The notes: generated by a model from the sequence alone, not told the origin. Shown: positions 1 through 13,119, numbered from the stretch's first letter. The stretch is DNA of 64,000 nt from Camelus ferus (GCF_009834535.1 NC_045697.1:113400001-113464000), one strand, 5' to 3'. Numbers and translations are program-made.

Positions 1-967
1 CTGTGTTTTCTAAGCCTCAAAAATATGTGAAGATGTGTAATAAGTTCTAATTCTCCCAAATCACAGTCAGAACTCCATTTTTTAGAAAAACACAGGAAAA
101 AGCATGGAGGATGTTTTGATTGCTTTTAGACATCTAGCTTAATTGTACTATTCCAAAGTGAAAGAACAAATAAGAGCAGTGGAATCAAATTTTCCTATCT
201 GGAGGCTAAGTTGTTGTTTAGTTATAAATTAGCTCATTTGCTATTTGACTCTTTTTGGTTCACTGGAATTCTAGTGGTAAATTCTTCACTGAACAGCATA
301 ATAGTTCAGTGTCATTTAATGGAATTTCATCTCACTTTGGAGCCATCCTTGCAGGCTGGACAGTTTGGTTTAAGTCTTAAGGCTGTATCTCCTTGAAGAT
401 TGATTCTATAGTCTTTTCTTAGACCAAAAATATGAAACCTTGACCAAAAAAAGTGTGTGTGAGGGCATTGTGTGCTTGTGTTATTTAATTTCTCTGTGTA
501 TCATTTTTCATACATTTATAATGGGAGTAAGAGTACAACCTACCTTAAATGTTAGCTTTCAGACTTAAACAAGGATAATGATTCTAAAATGTCTCAGCTA
601 TAATAAGTATGCAATCAATTTAGGAATTTTAATTTTAATTAATGTTGCAATCAGATGTATACATTAATATTCAAAAATCTGAATGCCTATTTTACAGCAG
701 ACGTGAATATTATAAAACACGTACTTTCTCAGTAGTCCAAGTTCCCAAATTACAATTGCTGTATAATGTGTAATTTGCATACCAAATAATTCTGCATGCT
801 AGATTTTTTGCAGGCAAGCCTTTCTGGGAAATTCATGTAGTACTAGAGAGATGAATTAATAATATTTATTTTAGCTGGAGTAAGAGAGTTCTTAGCTTGA
901 ATAAAGAATTCTCTTAAGAAAAAGAATTACTATGGATAAAGAAAATATGATATATACATATATAGAT

Positions 968-1097
968 GCAATTGACTCTTGAACATTCTTGGAGATCACT
1001 GATCTCTTCACAGTCCAAAATCCGTGTATAAGTTATAGCCGGTCCTGCGTATCTGCAATTCTTCCAAATCTGTGGCTCTGCATCCAAAGATTCAACC
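968..1097 (+). mobile_element. TcMar-Tigger DNA transposon relic (Tigger2/MER8-like)
   Basis: caattgactcttgaaca...aaaatccgtgtata...gcatccaaagattcaacc resembles Tigger2/MER8 terminal sequence. Confidence 0.55.
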
Positions 1098-1861
1098 GTC
1101 CTCTGATCAGATTTTTCCCATGTACTTAGTAACGAACTAATGTCTCCTCGCTTGTCCCTGTGGGACAGTTCTTGACACTTTCTTTAGATTTCCAAAATAA
1201 TGCACTATTAAGCGAGAAACCAGGGAGGCAATAATCTGATTACTGTCGATTATCAATTTGAGTAAAAGCTAAAAATACGTTATTAAAAGAACGCTTTTTA
1301 CTAAAATCTCTCATCTTTTATATTACTTACAAAGCAAACTTATTAGTCATTTTTTTTCCCAGAAGAAGGAAGATGTTCCTTTAATTTTTGGTCAAAAATC
1401 CTCCTAAAACACTCCCCAACCTGTTGCTGTTAAAAATTGAAGTAGGTGTTTGAGGGGTACTAACCCAGAAATCTTATTGTGCAGGTTAAATGAAATTAAA
1501 GTGATAGAGAAGAGGTACACAGATAATTACAACTATAATCCACTTCACAAAGACATGGATAATTAGAGAAATGTGACTCAAGGAAGTATATTGAAAGCAG
1601 AGTTACGGGAGTTTCTAGGACTAAGAGATCGTGTCTTGTTGGGTGATGGGGAGTTTCTGGAAAAGGTGGGAGGAGGATGTAATTTGGATGGATGAGGTCA
1701 TTCCTGACAGGAGCCAAGCTGAAGAGGAGGAAGAGAGTGGGGGTGTGTTGGGGGATGAGCAGGGGGTTTTGGAATCCATGTATCATGAGAAATACTGTGA
1801 TACAAGATTAAAATGGTAGGTAGGGCTAGACTGCAGGGGACCCTGTGTGCTAGGCTGGGGA

Positions 1862-2750
1862 TTTTATTTTATTTTTTTAAATGTATTAAAAATATTTTTT
1901 GATTGAAGTATAGTCAGTTTACCATGTTGTGTCAATTTCTGATGTATAGTGTAATGCTTCAGTCATACATAGACATACATATATTCCTTTTCATACTCTT
2001 TTTCAGTACAGGTAACTCCAAGATATTGAATATAGTTCCCTCTGCTATACAAAAGAAACTTGTTGTTTATCTGTTTTATATACACTAGTTACTATCTGCA
2101 AATCTCAAACTCCCAATTTATGCCTTCCCACCCCCTTTCTCCTCTGGTAACCACAAATTTGTTTTCCATGTCTGTGAGTCTGTTTCTGTTTTGTAAATAA
2201 GTTCATTTGTCTCATTCTTTAAAGATTCCACATGTAAGTGATATCATTTGGTATTTTTCTTTCTGGCTTATTTCACTTAGAATGATGATCTCTGGGTCCA
2301 TCCATGTTGCTGCAAATGGGATTATTTCATTCTTTTTAATGGCTAAGTTGTATTCCATTGTATAAATATACCACAACTTCTTTATCCAGTCATCTGTCAA
2401 TGGACGTTTAGGTTGCTTCCATGTCTTGGCTATTGTAAATAGTGCTGCTATGAACATTGGGGTGCAGGTGTCTTTTCAAACTGGAGTTCCCTTTGGATAT
2501 ATGCCCAAGAGTGGGACCCTATGGTAAGTCTGTTTTTAGTCTTTTGAGGACTCTCCATACTATTTTCCATAATGGCTGCATCAAACCACATTCCCACCAG
2601 CTGTGTAGGAGGGTTCCCTTTTCTCCACACCCTCTCCAGCACCTGTCATTTGTGGACTTTTGAATGATGGCCATTCTGACCTGTGTGAGGGTCATTGTAG
2701 TTTTGATTTACATTTCTCTGATAATTAGCAATACTGACATTTTTTCATGT
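1862..2750 (-). mobile_element. 5'-truncated LINE-1 (ORF2 C-terminus plus 3'UTR)
   Basis: Minus ORF 2212-2457 [36 protein letters not shown] is the L1 ORF2p C-terminus; T-rich tail at ~1862-1900; possible degenerate TSD gctggggatttta / gctgagaatttta. Confidence 0.95.
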
Positions 2751-2754
2751 TGAG

Positions 2755-3170
2755 CTGAGAATTTTAAATGGTAGCAGCAGAGAAAGGTTTCCAGCAGGAA
2801 GGTAAGTGACCAGAGCTGTGTTCCAGACGAATGAGTCAGCTGAAGAAGTATGGATGGACTTAGACAAGGGCTGAGGGAAACTGAGGTGTGGGGGTGAGGC
2901 TGGAAAGGTTTGAGATGACCCAGATGAGGAGCTGAGGGCCCAACGGTGGGGTCACAGCAAAAATGGAAGGGACGGGTGGGGGCCAGAAGAGACAGGATGG
3001 TGGACCTGGCGAATGATGGATTCCAAGGGAGGTAAGAGCAGGAGAGTCAACGCTGTCTTCCTTGTGTCAGTCCTGGGACTAGGAGATCTTCAGCAGGGTT
3101 GTAGCGGGCAGGTAAAGCTAGAGGGCTGAGTTTGGGAGGTGCTGAATTTAAAATACTTGTGAAATAATAT
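2755..3170 (-). mobile_element. LINE-2 remnant, split by the L1 and continuing from ~1750-1860
   Basis: Purine-rich degenerate L2 pattern (agcaggaaggtaagtgaccagagctgtg...gagtttgggaggtgctgaattt). Confidence 0.55.
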
Positions 3171-3521
3171 TGGATTACAGTGTTAAAAATAGGATTACTA
3201 AAGCTTGGCAAGGGAGTAGGAGGCAGCAGTTGTGTTAATAATGCCAGGGGAAGGTTGAATCCTCAAGAACATTAAGTCAGCGTTTACAGGAGGTAAACAC
3301 AGGAAGTAAACACAGACCAGAGGTGTTTACTGGTGGATTTTTTAGTACCCATTTCTGGCCATGTGACTTCACATTTTATTAGAAAAGGCTTATATTGAGC
3401 CCGATGGAGGTTCGTTGTATGTATCAGGGTGGAAAATTCTATTCAAGTGACCGGAATTAGAAGATCAATTGTAAGTGTGATAAGGTTTTGTTGATTATCA
3501 TACTGTGAATGACACTAAAGC

Positions 3522-3635
3522 CATGGTTCTCTCAGTCTCTGGGAACCTGGAAACTAATTTTTCAGGGGTTTTTGATCAGAAATTCTGAGGGGTGCAGGTC
3601 ATTCTGACACACGCTGAAGTTTGAGGAGCACGATG
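3522..3635. mobile_element. MER5A-like hAT-Charlie fragment
   Basis: atcagaaattctgagggg...caggtcattctgacacacgctgaagtttgaggagcac matches the MER5A end. Confidence 0.55.
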
Positions 3636-3922
3636 GTAGAGATGTGGGCACCCACGGTCATCCACAGCGCTGAGCAAGCGGGGAAACGGAGCGGTGGTCC
3701 CGGGAGCAGAAACTGAGGGCAAACGCAGGCAGCCCCTCCTTTCCCATCACGTGGTGTGTGCGTTCAGTGGGGCTGGGATGCAGCTGACTCCTCTGTCCAG
3801 CTAATCTGGTGCCTGCTCTCACCTGCCGCAGAGGCCTGGCTAAATCTGGAGTAGCGAGAGAGAAAAGAAAAAACAACCCTTACTGTTTTTCTTTAAGCTC
3901 AATCCATCCAGCCCTTCCTGTG

Positions 3923-4877
3923 TGTTATGTGTTGAATTGTGCCCCCCGCCACTGCCCCTCCCTGCAATTTATGTCGAAGTTCTGACCCCCCCTCCGTATC
4001 TCAGAATGTGATCTTATTTGGAAATAGAGCCTTTTCATGGGTGGTCAAGTCAAAACGAGGTCACTAGGTGGGCCAAATTCCAAAATGACTGATGTCCTTA
4101 TAAAAAAGAGAAATTTGTACGTAGAGACAGATGTGCACAGAGAGAAGACAATATAAAGGCCCTCAGGAAGAAGGGGGCCATGTGACGGGACTGATGCATC
4201 TATAAGTCAGGGAACACCTAGGGTTGCCAGTGAATGGCAGGAACTGGAAGAGGCAAGGGGGGTTTCTTGCCTAGAGCCCTTGGAGAGAGCTTCAGTGTTA
4301 CAAAAGGCAAGTTCCTGTTGCCTGATGCACTGTGAGGCTAAACAGACCGAAACATCAGACTCCGGAGCAGAGAAAGGTTGCTTTCAGGGCTGAGCAAGGA
4401 AGATGGGGTGGCTGATGCTCAGAAAAATCCCGAACTCCCCGGAGGGTTTCAGCAAAGCATATGTAAAGGCAGGTGAGGGTAGGGGGGTCGCAGGTACATG
4501 ATCAGCTTGTGCACAGTCCTCTGACTGGTTGATGATGAGGGAACAGGGCAGTCAACACTGTCAAACCCTGGTCACCAGAAGCTCTCCATCATCAAGTAGT
4601 TAATGTCTTCCCTTTGGTGGTGGTTTTTAGCATCTGAAACACTCAGGAAATACGCATGAGATACTATTACCAGAGAGGAGCTACAGCAGAGGATACAGGA
4701 CTGGGGGGTTGGGGTCTGTTCCGGCATGGCCCCACAGGGTCTGACTGGGTTCTTTGAGCTCAGTTGATACCTTCACCAAGGACTTCTAGATTCCAGAACA
4801 CTGAGACACTAAATTCTGTTGTTTTAAGCTAGCCAGTTTTTGGTACTTTGGTATAACTGCCCTAGGAAACCAATACA
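3923..4877 (+). mobile_element. MaLR LTR (MLT1B/C-like), interrupted by an ERV1 LTR
   Basis: Starts tgttatgtgttgaattgtgcccc, contains tctcagaatgtgatcttatttggaaatag, ends ccctaggaaaccaataca. Confidence 0.85.
4296..4755 (-). mobile_element. ERV1-type solo LTR nested in MLT1
   Basis: Begins tgttaca; its reverse complement aligns with the LTR at 24770-25021; MLT1 sequence resumes after it. Right boundary approximate. Confidence 0.75.
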
Positions 4878-5809
4878 CTGCTCTAAATTATTTAATGAAG
4901 GCAGTGTGTGCTGACTCTGACTCAGATATATCTGAAAAGATTTGGTATGATAAGGGGAAAAAAAAAAAAGATATCCACAAAAACACAATTGAACGCTGCT
5001 GGCGCTGTGGATGGAAAAGTTTTTAGAGAGGACACTTCAAAGAAAGGTCAGCTTCCAGATGAAAGTTCTGCTCAGAAAATTTGATCAGTTGTGCACAGGG
5101 AAAAGGCTGGACTGTTCTGAATACATGTTTGGTTAGTTTACACTTTATGTTGTTTCAAAGAAGTAGTATTTGGACCTTCCCTGGAGGACACAGCCTGGGG
5201 TTGCACTGCCTGTGGGAAGCAGGGATGTGTTACAGAGCTTCCCTCTCACAGCCTGCAAACCACAGAGGAGGGGAAGGTAGGTACCAGAACTGCCCAGCCG
5301 GTTATCAGAAGGGAGCCCTGGAAGGGAGGCTAATGATTCCACATTAGGGTTCGTTTTCCTAAATTGAATGGGAGCTGTTGCCACATTTACTTCCTTGAGT
5401 TCAAGTTAGAGCTGAACATTACAGAAAAGACTCTGAAGGCAATCTTGTTCCATCTACTCTAAGGACATGAACATTCATTAGTTAGAGAGATGGGGCTCAA
5501 ATGCCATCCATAAACACATGACAGCTGTGAGATGACCAAGTCTAAGACACACTGAAGGGCAGGTTCCAGGGCTAATTTAGAAAGACATACTTCAGCAGGG
5601 ACTTCATGAAGGCTGAGCAGCCATTAGAGAGAGCTGTTCCTTTAGGTTAAACCTTTGGAGTTGGGCGTGGTGTTCAGAAGGGAGGGGTCCCTGCTTAGCC
5701 TGCTGCAAAATGCAGACAAACCACGCTAGCAGAAATAATCTGAGGACAGGTGAACCTTCCAAATGTTACTAAAAAATATAGATATCCATACATCCATAAC
5801 CATCTCCCA

Positions 5810-5945
5810 TCGCTTTCAATTAATTAATTAGTTTATGTATTCAACCAATATTTACCTTGCCTGCTATTTGCTGGCACGTGTAGGTCATGGATGTAGCGGT
5901 GAGAAAGATCAAATAAAATCTCTTCATTTGAGCTCACATTCTAGC
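5810..5945 (-). mobile_element. LINE-2 3' end fragment
   Basis: tattcaaccaatatttacc...gagctcacattctag is the reverse L2 tail. Confidence 0.6.
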
Positions 5946-6994
5946 AAATCATTAAAAAAAAAAAAGGTTTTGCAGTTTTCCCCCTCTCTTGTCTCTCAGA
6001 CCTGCCCACATCTAGGTGAGGTTAGGAAAACTGAAGAAAAGAGTGACAGAGATTTAAATAACAGAGTTTTTTTTTTTTTTTTTTTTCTTAGTGGCTGATG
6101 CAAAGCACCACACTGAAACAGTCAGGAGTCAGAGTTATAAACAGGGAATTCTGCCCAATAGAAAAGACACTTCTGAATAATGTTCCTAAATTTTTCCCCC
6201 TTTTATGGCATTTACTCCATTTGTGTCATTTTATAACTTTTTCTGACACTGAAACTACAGAAGTGTTTTTTTTAGCACGTTACAATATTCAAAAGACAGC
6301 CCTTATAGAATTTCCTTTATTGTAAGGATTGAATTTTCAGAGTTGGTTGGAACTTAGCACATATTCAATTTAACTCTCAAAACCAACTCTTTTCAATAGG
6401 AATAAAAGCTATTAACTACCTATAAGTCATTTTGTATCTTTACATCATAATCCTGTAAAAACCAGTAAGTCACTGAAGGCGTGGGCAGACGCTACGCATC
6501 TTGTTGATACGAATACATTAGAGTCACATCGCTGGAGAAGTTGATTATCTCAGACAGTGGTTCTCTCCGTGTTATTTTTTTCCTCTTTATCTTAGCTTTA
6601 TAAGTGGGAATATTATGAATCATTTGAAGAGCACTCAGGGACACTCCATGTTTAGACGGTGGAGTCCTCTTTCCAGGAGAAGCAATCGTGTTGTTTGGAA
6701 GACTTGATGTGCTGAGCGAGTTAGACCGTGGAAACCAGTCTCCAGCCCGAGGAACCCAATGAATTTTTGAGATTGTATTCTCTAGAGCTGCAGTCATTTA
6801 AAATTCAGCTGCTTGTGGATTTTAGGTACTTAGAAAATCTTCTGCCTTCAATCAAGTGAAAATGTGGAAGTGAGTAGCATTTCACAAGGACTTCGGATAG
6901 CGTTCAAATTGACTTGTATTTCAGAGGGAGTTGGTCCATGTACCCAGTGAGCCAGGTAGTGGGATAAGGGCTTGGAGGAGCATGCCTCGTTTCA

Positions 6995-7068
6995 ACACAC
7001 ACACACACACACACACACACAGCACACGCACACGCACACGCACACGCACACACACACACACACACACA
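6995..7068. repeat. Compound (CA)n/(CACGCA)n microsatellite
   Basis: Directly visible. Confidence 0.97.
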
Positions 7069-8442
7069 GAGCTTGTGCTCAAGGGAAGCACCAGAGCTTC
7101 ACACACTCAAGGGTCTTGGGGGACCTTCCCGCTGAAGCCCTCAGAGAAAGAACACGATCCCAATACAGACTGAGCACAATCTAATTATCAGGCTGGCAGG
7201 CGAGGGGCTCAGAGCTCATTAAAACTGATTTGTAGAAATTAAAGAAACACGATTGTGCCCTCTTTCTGGGCATTGTGGTGGCTGTCAAGTCACAGCTAAG
7301 TGTTAATTATAATAAAATTATAGAATCGATGACAGAACTATCTAGATAGGGCATGTGTTGATGGAATTAATGGAGACTTTTTCTGCTATTTTGCATGGTG
7401 TGGGAGAAAATCAAGCAGATTATTTACAATTTTCCTTTAAAATTAATCTTGAAATCCGAGTTACAGAGACCAAGATTTACTTAAAAATTGTTGAAATTAT
7501 GACCAGTTTTCTTCTGTTTGTTACCCATATTCAGATGCTGGCATGTCATTTAAAAATAGACTTCTGTAAAACGACTAATAAAAGCATTAAACAGAAGTTA
7601 CGGCTTCCATATTCCTTTTAAATATTAATGATGATACTACTTTCAAATAACTCTGTGTCACATGCTTTTTTACAAAGAGGAAAGGCATCAAGTTGGAAGA
7701 GAATGAGAAAAGTGAAGGGAAACAAGAAATTGTAAAACTGAAAAAGAAAAAAAAATGAAAAAATACAAATTTGTGATGTTGTGATACATTTAGGCAATTT
7801 TTTTACAAGCAATTACTTTCAATTCCTCAAATCATAGTCTTGAAGCTTAGTCCTGCATTTACACAACGAAACTAAGGAGGTATGAAACGAAATAGGAAAT
7901 CTCAGTGACCTGTAGCATCTAGTGTATCTTTGGTGTTCTCAGTCTGTCTTCCTTGCCAACCGCCAGCAGCTGTGTGTGTGCACGTGTGGGTGTGTGTAGT
8001 GGCAGAACAAGCGTCCATATTGATACTCATGTCTGTTCCCCAGGGAACCTCCCAATAATAGCCATCACTCACTGTCACATGCAGGCTTAGCTGCCTCTCC
8101 ATGTCTAAGACCAATTCTCAGTTCAGACGTGAGGAGACGCTCTTGTTCAACCTTCTGAGACTCACAATCAAACTGCCCTGCTTGCTAGTTATACAATGAA
8201 GTCCAGAAAATTGGAATAATGAGTTTATTTCGTTTTCTACATCTTATTCCCAGTTCTGGCTTGGAGATGCCCTTCTGAGCACAGTATGTATGTGGGGTTC
8301 ACACATCCTTAGGATTTGATTTAAGCCACCCCCACCTACTTCTCTTCTAGTCCCTCACCTCTCGTAATGGCAACATTGGCCATGCAGTGGTTACAGCTAA
8401 AAACTTTTGTGTCATCTTTGAATTCTTTCTCTTCTTCCTACT

Positions 8443-8560
8443 TAGGGGGCTCATGCATCTAGTTTGCCTGGGACAGTTTATGTTTGTGTCCCCAGCACAA
8501 ATACTAAGATCCTCATTCATTTCCAAGGTGTTCTGGTTTGGGTGAAAAATTATTCCTTTA
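8443..8560. mobile_element. MER94-like hAT-Blackjack MITE
   Basis: taggggg...gtttgcctgggacagt...gtgttctggtttgggtgaaaaattat resembles MER94. Confidence 0.65.
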
Positions 8561-8689
8561 CCCAATTCCAGTTCCACGGAATATTCTGTGCAACACATCC
8601 AGAGTCCTATTGGCATTACCTTCAAAATATATTCAGTATTTATTCACTTCTCCTTCCAACACACCATTGTAGTCCACATTATTATTATT

Positions 8690-8795
8690 TTTTTAAGGTT
8701 TTATTTATTTATTTACTGGAGGTACTGGGGATTGAACCCAGGACCTTGTGCATGCTAAGCACACACTCCACTACTGAGCTATACCCTCCTCCTCC
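8690..8795 (-). mobile_element. tRNA-derived SINE (camelid type)
   Basis: Reverse complement reads gagggtatagctcagtagtggag...ctgggttcaatcccc (A and B boxes) followed by an A-rich tail. Confidence 0.92.
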
Positions 8796-9061
8796 TTATT
8801 AATTAATTAATTAATTAACTTGATAGTGTCAGTGATGAAACAGACTAAGTTTTCAGAGGAGCGTTAAGACTGTCAGCAGGCAGTAACTCCTGCTTGGATG
8901 GAGGTGGCTGGGCATTCAGGAATAGTTTTAGGAGTATGGTGTGTTTTTCAGGGACTATTTGCAAGTTTTTCTTATCAAGGATAAAATCTTATTTAAATAT
9001 TTTTTATTGGCAGAAGGGGAAAATGTGTTACACAAAAGGATACAGCTCTGCAACTGAATCA

Positions 9062-9150
9062 TTTTACTTTTTTAATGGAGGCACTGTGGATTGAACCCAG
9101 GACCTCGTGCATGCTAAGCACATGCTGTACCACTGAGCTGTACCCTCCCC
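9062..9150 (-). mobile_element. tRNA-derived SINE (camelid type)
   Basis: ggattgaacccaggacctcgtgcatgctaagcacatgctgtaccactgagctgtaccctcccc. Confidence 0.92.
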
Positions 9151-9591
9151 GTCATTATTCTTTCTTACTTGGATCATGACAAAAGCCTTGAAGCTGGTCT
9201 TCCTCCTTTTATAGTTTCTCCCATTACACTCTATTCTCCACCCAGGAGAAAACTTGTATCACTCTGTCACTACAACATTCCCCAAACTTCCCATCTAGGA
9301 ATAAATCTTACCATCTTGTCATGCCCTATATGGCCAGAAACGAGCCTGTCTCTGTTTCTCTTTCCATATTATGTGTTAACCCCCTTCTGACTCAGTTGTT
9401 TCCTTGCTGTAGTAGACTTGATGCTGTCTTGCAAATGTATCAAATTGAACTCCCATCTTGGCCATGCTTATCCTTCTCCCTAGAGCCCTCTTCCCCTGGT
9501 CTTTGCATGAGGATGGTCCTGATTTCATTCAGATATTTCTCCACTCAAGGGTCAACTCATCTCAGAGACTTTCTCAGCCACCAGTTTTTAA

Positions 9592-10081
9592 GAAGCTGCC
9601 CTGATTCAGTGCAGGAAACAGAAATAACTGTAAGTATTTCAGGCAGGAAGAAATTCACTCCAAGAATTAGGAGCTTACAAAATCATTAGAAGGAAAGGAA
9701 AGGAAATCAAGAGGTCACCACAGGACTTTGAGTCCCACCTCTGTAGAGGTCAGAGGTCAGGAAATGGCTGATGCACTGTTACTTCTGTGGTCCCCTCATG
9801 CCACAAAGGAGTATTGGACAGCAGGCTCTGGTGCCCAGCACCTGTTCACATCTGCTCACGACTGCCAGTCGGTTGCCACCAGTACAGGAAAATGACCTCT
9901 ACCTCCCAGAATTTCCACATCTCATGCAAGAACATCTCCCCGGCAAAACCTAAGCCACTCCTAGTGAGCTGGCTAAAAGGGAGTCTGGGAAAAATATTCT
10001 TCCTCCTTCAACCCTAGTAGTGTTATGGGGGACAGAGAGGGAGGGTGCCTGGACACAGAACCAAGAGATTGCATTAGCACA
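9592..10081. mobile_element. Ancient solo LTR (LTR78/LTR79-like) inserted in L2
   Basis: caggaaacagaaataactgtaagtatttca near the start and gggagtctgggaaa...ttagcaca at the end; L2 resumes after it. Confidence 0.55.
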
Positions 10082-10895
10082 CACGTCCCTGGGCCCTGTC
10101 CCAGTCTCTTCTTGACTCTGCTTTATGCTTTTCTGAAGCACCCATCATGACCTAAAATATTTATTTGTTTTCTTGTCATTTTCTGTCTTTTCTAATAGAC
10201 TCTAAAATCTAAGAAGAGGGCTAGAAAGATGCCTGTTGGCTCAGAGCAGAGCACTTGAGAAATAGGGGCTGAATGTGTGACTGCATAAGGGCCTCTGCCT
10301 TGGATGGACAGTCGTATTTAGAATGTAAAGTAAAGAACATGTTCCTTGCTGTGGAGGAAGTCTTATCTGAGGAAGATTCCATTGGCTAGAAAAAGGGGAT
10401 GTTATTAGAAGTTAAATTTGTAAATTGGGCAGAAACTCAAATTTTAGGTCAGTAGGATTTTGAGGGGGATAAAAACAATGAATTGTACATTTGCAGTTAT
10501 AGCTGGAAATTATGTTTATTTCTCTCGAGAAGAAAAACAAAGGAGGATCTGATACTTGGAAGTAGCAGTAACTTTCCATTATTTTTTTCTGCCTCTCCCT
10601 ACTCTCCGTGGGAGATTGACCTGATTGATGGGACTGAAGTCTCTGTGTGCTGGTTTAGCCTGGTCCCCTCACCCCCACCCAGACCTGACTGCTGGCTGCC
10701 CGATGCTAGAAGCCAACTGGGCCAAGCTTTGCACATGCAGAGAGCAGCCTGCTGTTGTGAAGATGTTCTGACTATGACTGGGGAGTTAGTTCAATTCATG
10801 TGCAAAGAAATAGAAAAGTATTTTGACCTCATGGGTGAAACTATGTTCTTCTATAACAAAATGGACTTTTTTATGCGTGTCTCCTAAGTCTACTA

Positions 10896-11072
10896 CAGTA
10901 ATTTCAAACTTAGACACATATTGGCCTCACTTAGAGCTTTCAAATATACTGATGGCTGCCTGGATCATCTCTGGAGATGCTGATTTAATTGTTCTGTGGT
11001 GCAGGCTTGAGGACTGGGATATTTAAAAGCTCCCAGGTGGTCTGAATCCTCAGCTCAGGTTGCATGCCATTG
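10896..11072. mobile_element. MER5B-like hAT-Charlie MITE
   Basis: cagtaatttcaaactt...gatgctgatttaattg...aaaagctcccaggtg...gccattg. Confidence 0.8.
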
Positions 11073-11149
11073 CTTTATGGAAAGCAGTGTTAATTAGTAT
11101 CTTCAAAACCCAACACAACAGCTTGAAAACGGTCTAAGTCTGTTGCTTA

Positions 11150-11463
11150 TCTTATGGATCGTGTCCCTCTAAGAGATACATTGAAATCCTAACTCCTGGT
11201 TCTTGTGAATGTGACCTTATTTGGAGCTAGAGTCTTTGCAGATGTAGCCAAGTTGCTGGAGTTGCACTACCACGAAGCTAAGGAACGCCCGGGGCTGCAA
11301 GGAGCTGAAAGGGGAGAAGGAAGACCCTCCACTGGAGGCTTTAGAGGGAGCTTTCTGGGTGGACTTCTAGTCTCCAGACTGTAAAACAAAAAGATGCCTT
11401 TCTGTAAATTCAAGTTCCCCTAGCTTGCGGTACTTGGTTATGGCAACCCTGAGAAGCTAACCT
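11150..11463 (+). mobile_element. MaLR LTR (MLT1B/C-like), internally deleted
   Basis: gaatgtgaccttatttggagctagagtctttgcagatgta...ttatggcaaccctgagaagctaa. Confidence 0.8.
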
Positions 11464-13119
11464 GTGTTATTTGGAAGTGCTCCTTCAGAATGCATTTCAA
11501 AGACTAGCACATGCTGAGAGACCTCATAATTCCAAGTACAGCCTTGAGACAGGCTTTTGGATGTTGCTGAGTTCTTTATTAACCCAAATCCTCTAGTTTT
11601 CTGGATTCTGCTATCGTCATCCTTTAGAGATAGCAGTTACAGAATCCTCTGCGCTCTCACTTAAGGAATGTATCATTCTGAGTCTCTTGCAAGAAGATTG
11701 GACTCTTAGAAAGATGTCAGCTAATAATTCAGACTCAAATATACAAAAATTGCCTCTTCCCAAGTCCATCAAAACTTTTAAATTCCTAATAATAGTGGCC
11801 TCTTATAAATCTGGGTAAATATTTTGTATTGGCACATGTGCCCAAATAACACTTTTGGAAAATAAAATTTACCCCTCCTAAAATTTATGCTTTAGGCACA
11901 CGTTTGATGTCTTCCTTCGTCCTACCCACCAGGTGACTGGACCAAAGTGTTTATATGATCCAATGACAACTTGCTTATGGATTAGCCTAAGAAATATGTT
12001 ATATGGCACAACAAAGACAGGCAATCTGAACATATCAAATTACCTCTTGAGATAATTTGAACTAAAGAAATCCAAGGAAGTGGATCATTTAGAAACAGGG
12101 ATGAAAGCTGACCATTATCTCAAAATATCTGGCCTGTGTCTGGCCTAAGTTATAAGGAAACATCCTGCAAGCAGGCACTGGAAGACGGTGCACAGAAGTA
12201 GGGCAGACTTCCAGGTTTCCAGAGCAATGATACTATGAAGAGGAAGGGAGGTAGGGGAGGGGTGGAGAGAGAGAGCATGCACATGCTTCCATGAATCTAG
12301 TTCTGGTCTCCATGTAACTCTTGAGAGACTCTTAACGCAGAGTGGGTCTCCATTTTAAACCAACGATCCAAATCAGAGGAATATTCTTTGTGTGGCAATT
12401 CACTTACTTAGGTGTAAGCTACTACTCAAGATTATGCATATGCAGTGTCAACATACTTGGGGACTTCCAAAAGGTAATATCACTAGCTGTGGTAAACCCT
12501 GGTGAATTTCTGCATATTTCCAAGTTGTACTTCAATAGTATCAATGCCTAAATCAAAAGTGGAAATGTTGGGCCATGTACAGGGTTCAGCCCACAGTGGT
12601 ATTTGATTGACTTATTTAAATTTTAAATCGGACTTTTGTATATACAAATCTGGATTTCTGCCTTCTCTTAAAAAAATTAGTCTTGAGGATACTCGGCTAA
12701 CATCCTGTAGGAAGATAGCCTCTTGGGTTAGAGCAGAGGGTCCACTCTTCGAGTGGAGCTTGGACTTCCAATTTGTGACAGTTCACCATGCTGAGGTGTC
12801 CGAGTATCAGTTTCCCATTTCTATTAGTTTTGCACTCCTTTTTCTTATAGAATAGAAGTGTGTGTTTGTGTATGTGTTGGGGGGTGGGGGTGTAAATGTT
12901 CCTGAGACAAAACGGAAACAAAAATATTGTTTGTTGTTGGAAGTAAGCCTATTTTTATGTACTTAATATAAAGACAGTGTGTACTTTTCTTTAAATTACA
13001 TTTAAAATTCCAATTTACAATTTAAATTAAATTTAAATTAAACTTATAATTTAGAATTACGATTAAAATTACATATAATTACATTTACTCTTCCATTACA
13101 TTTAAAAATGTAATTTCAG

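Larger units (their letters stand above)
8325..10280 (+). mobile_element. LINE-2 3' region, fragmented by MER94, two SINEs, an unknown insert and an LTR
   Basis: Collinear L2 pieces: aatggcaac...gtcatctttgaattct; ttaccttcaaaatatattcag; acttggatcatgacaaaagcc; tail ...gagcagagcacttgagaaataggggctgaatg. Confidence 0.8.

Noticed and set aside
6575..6830. Possible exon after the acceptor-like tttttttcctctttatcttag
   Set aside because: The downstream ATG frame closes after about 30 codons and no known protein is recognisable; a non-coding exon cannot be excluded
8717..8790. tRNA genes at the tRNA-like sequences
   Set aside because: Multiple diverged copies with A-rich tails indicate SINEs
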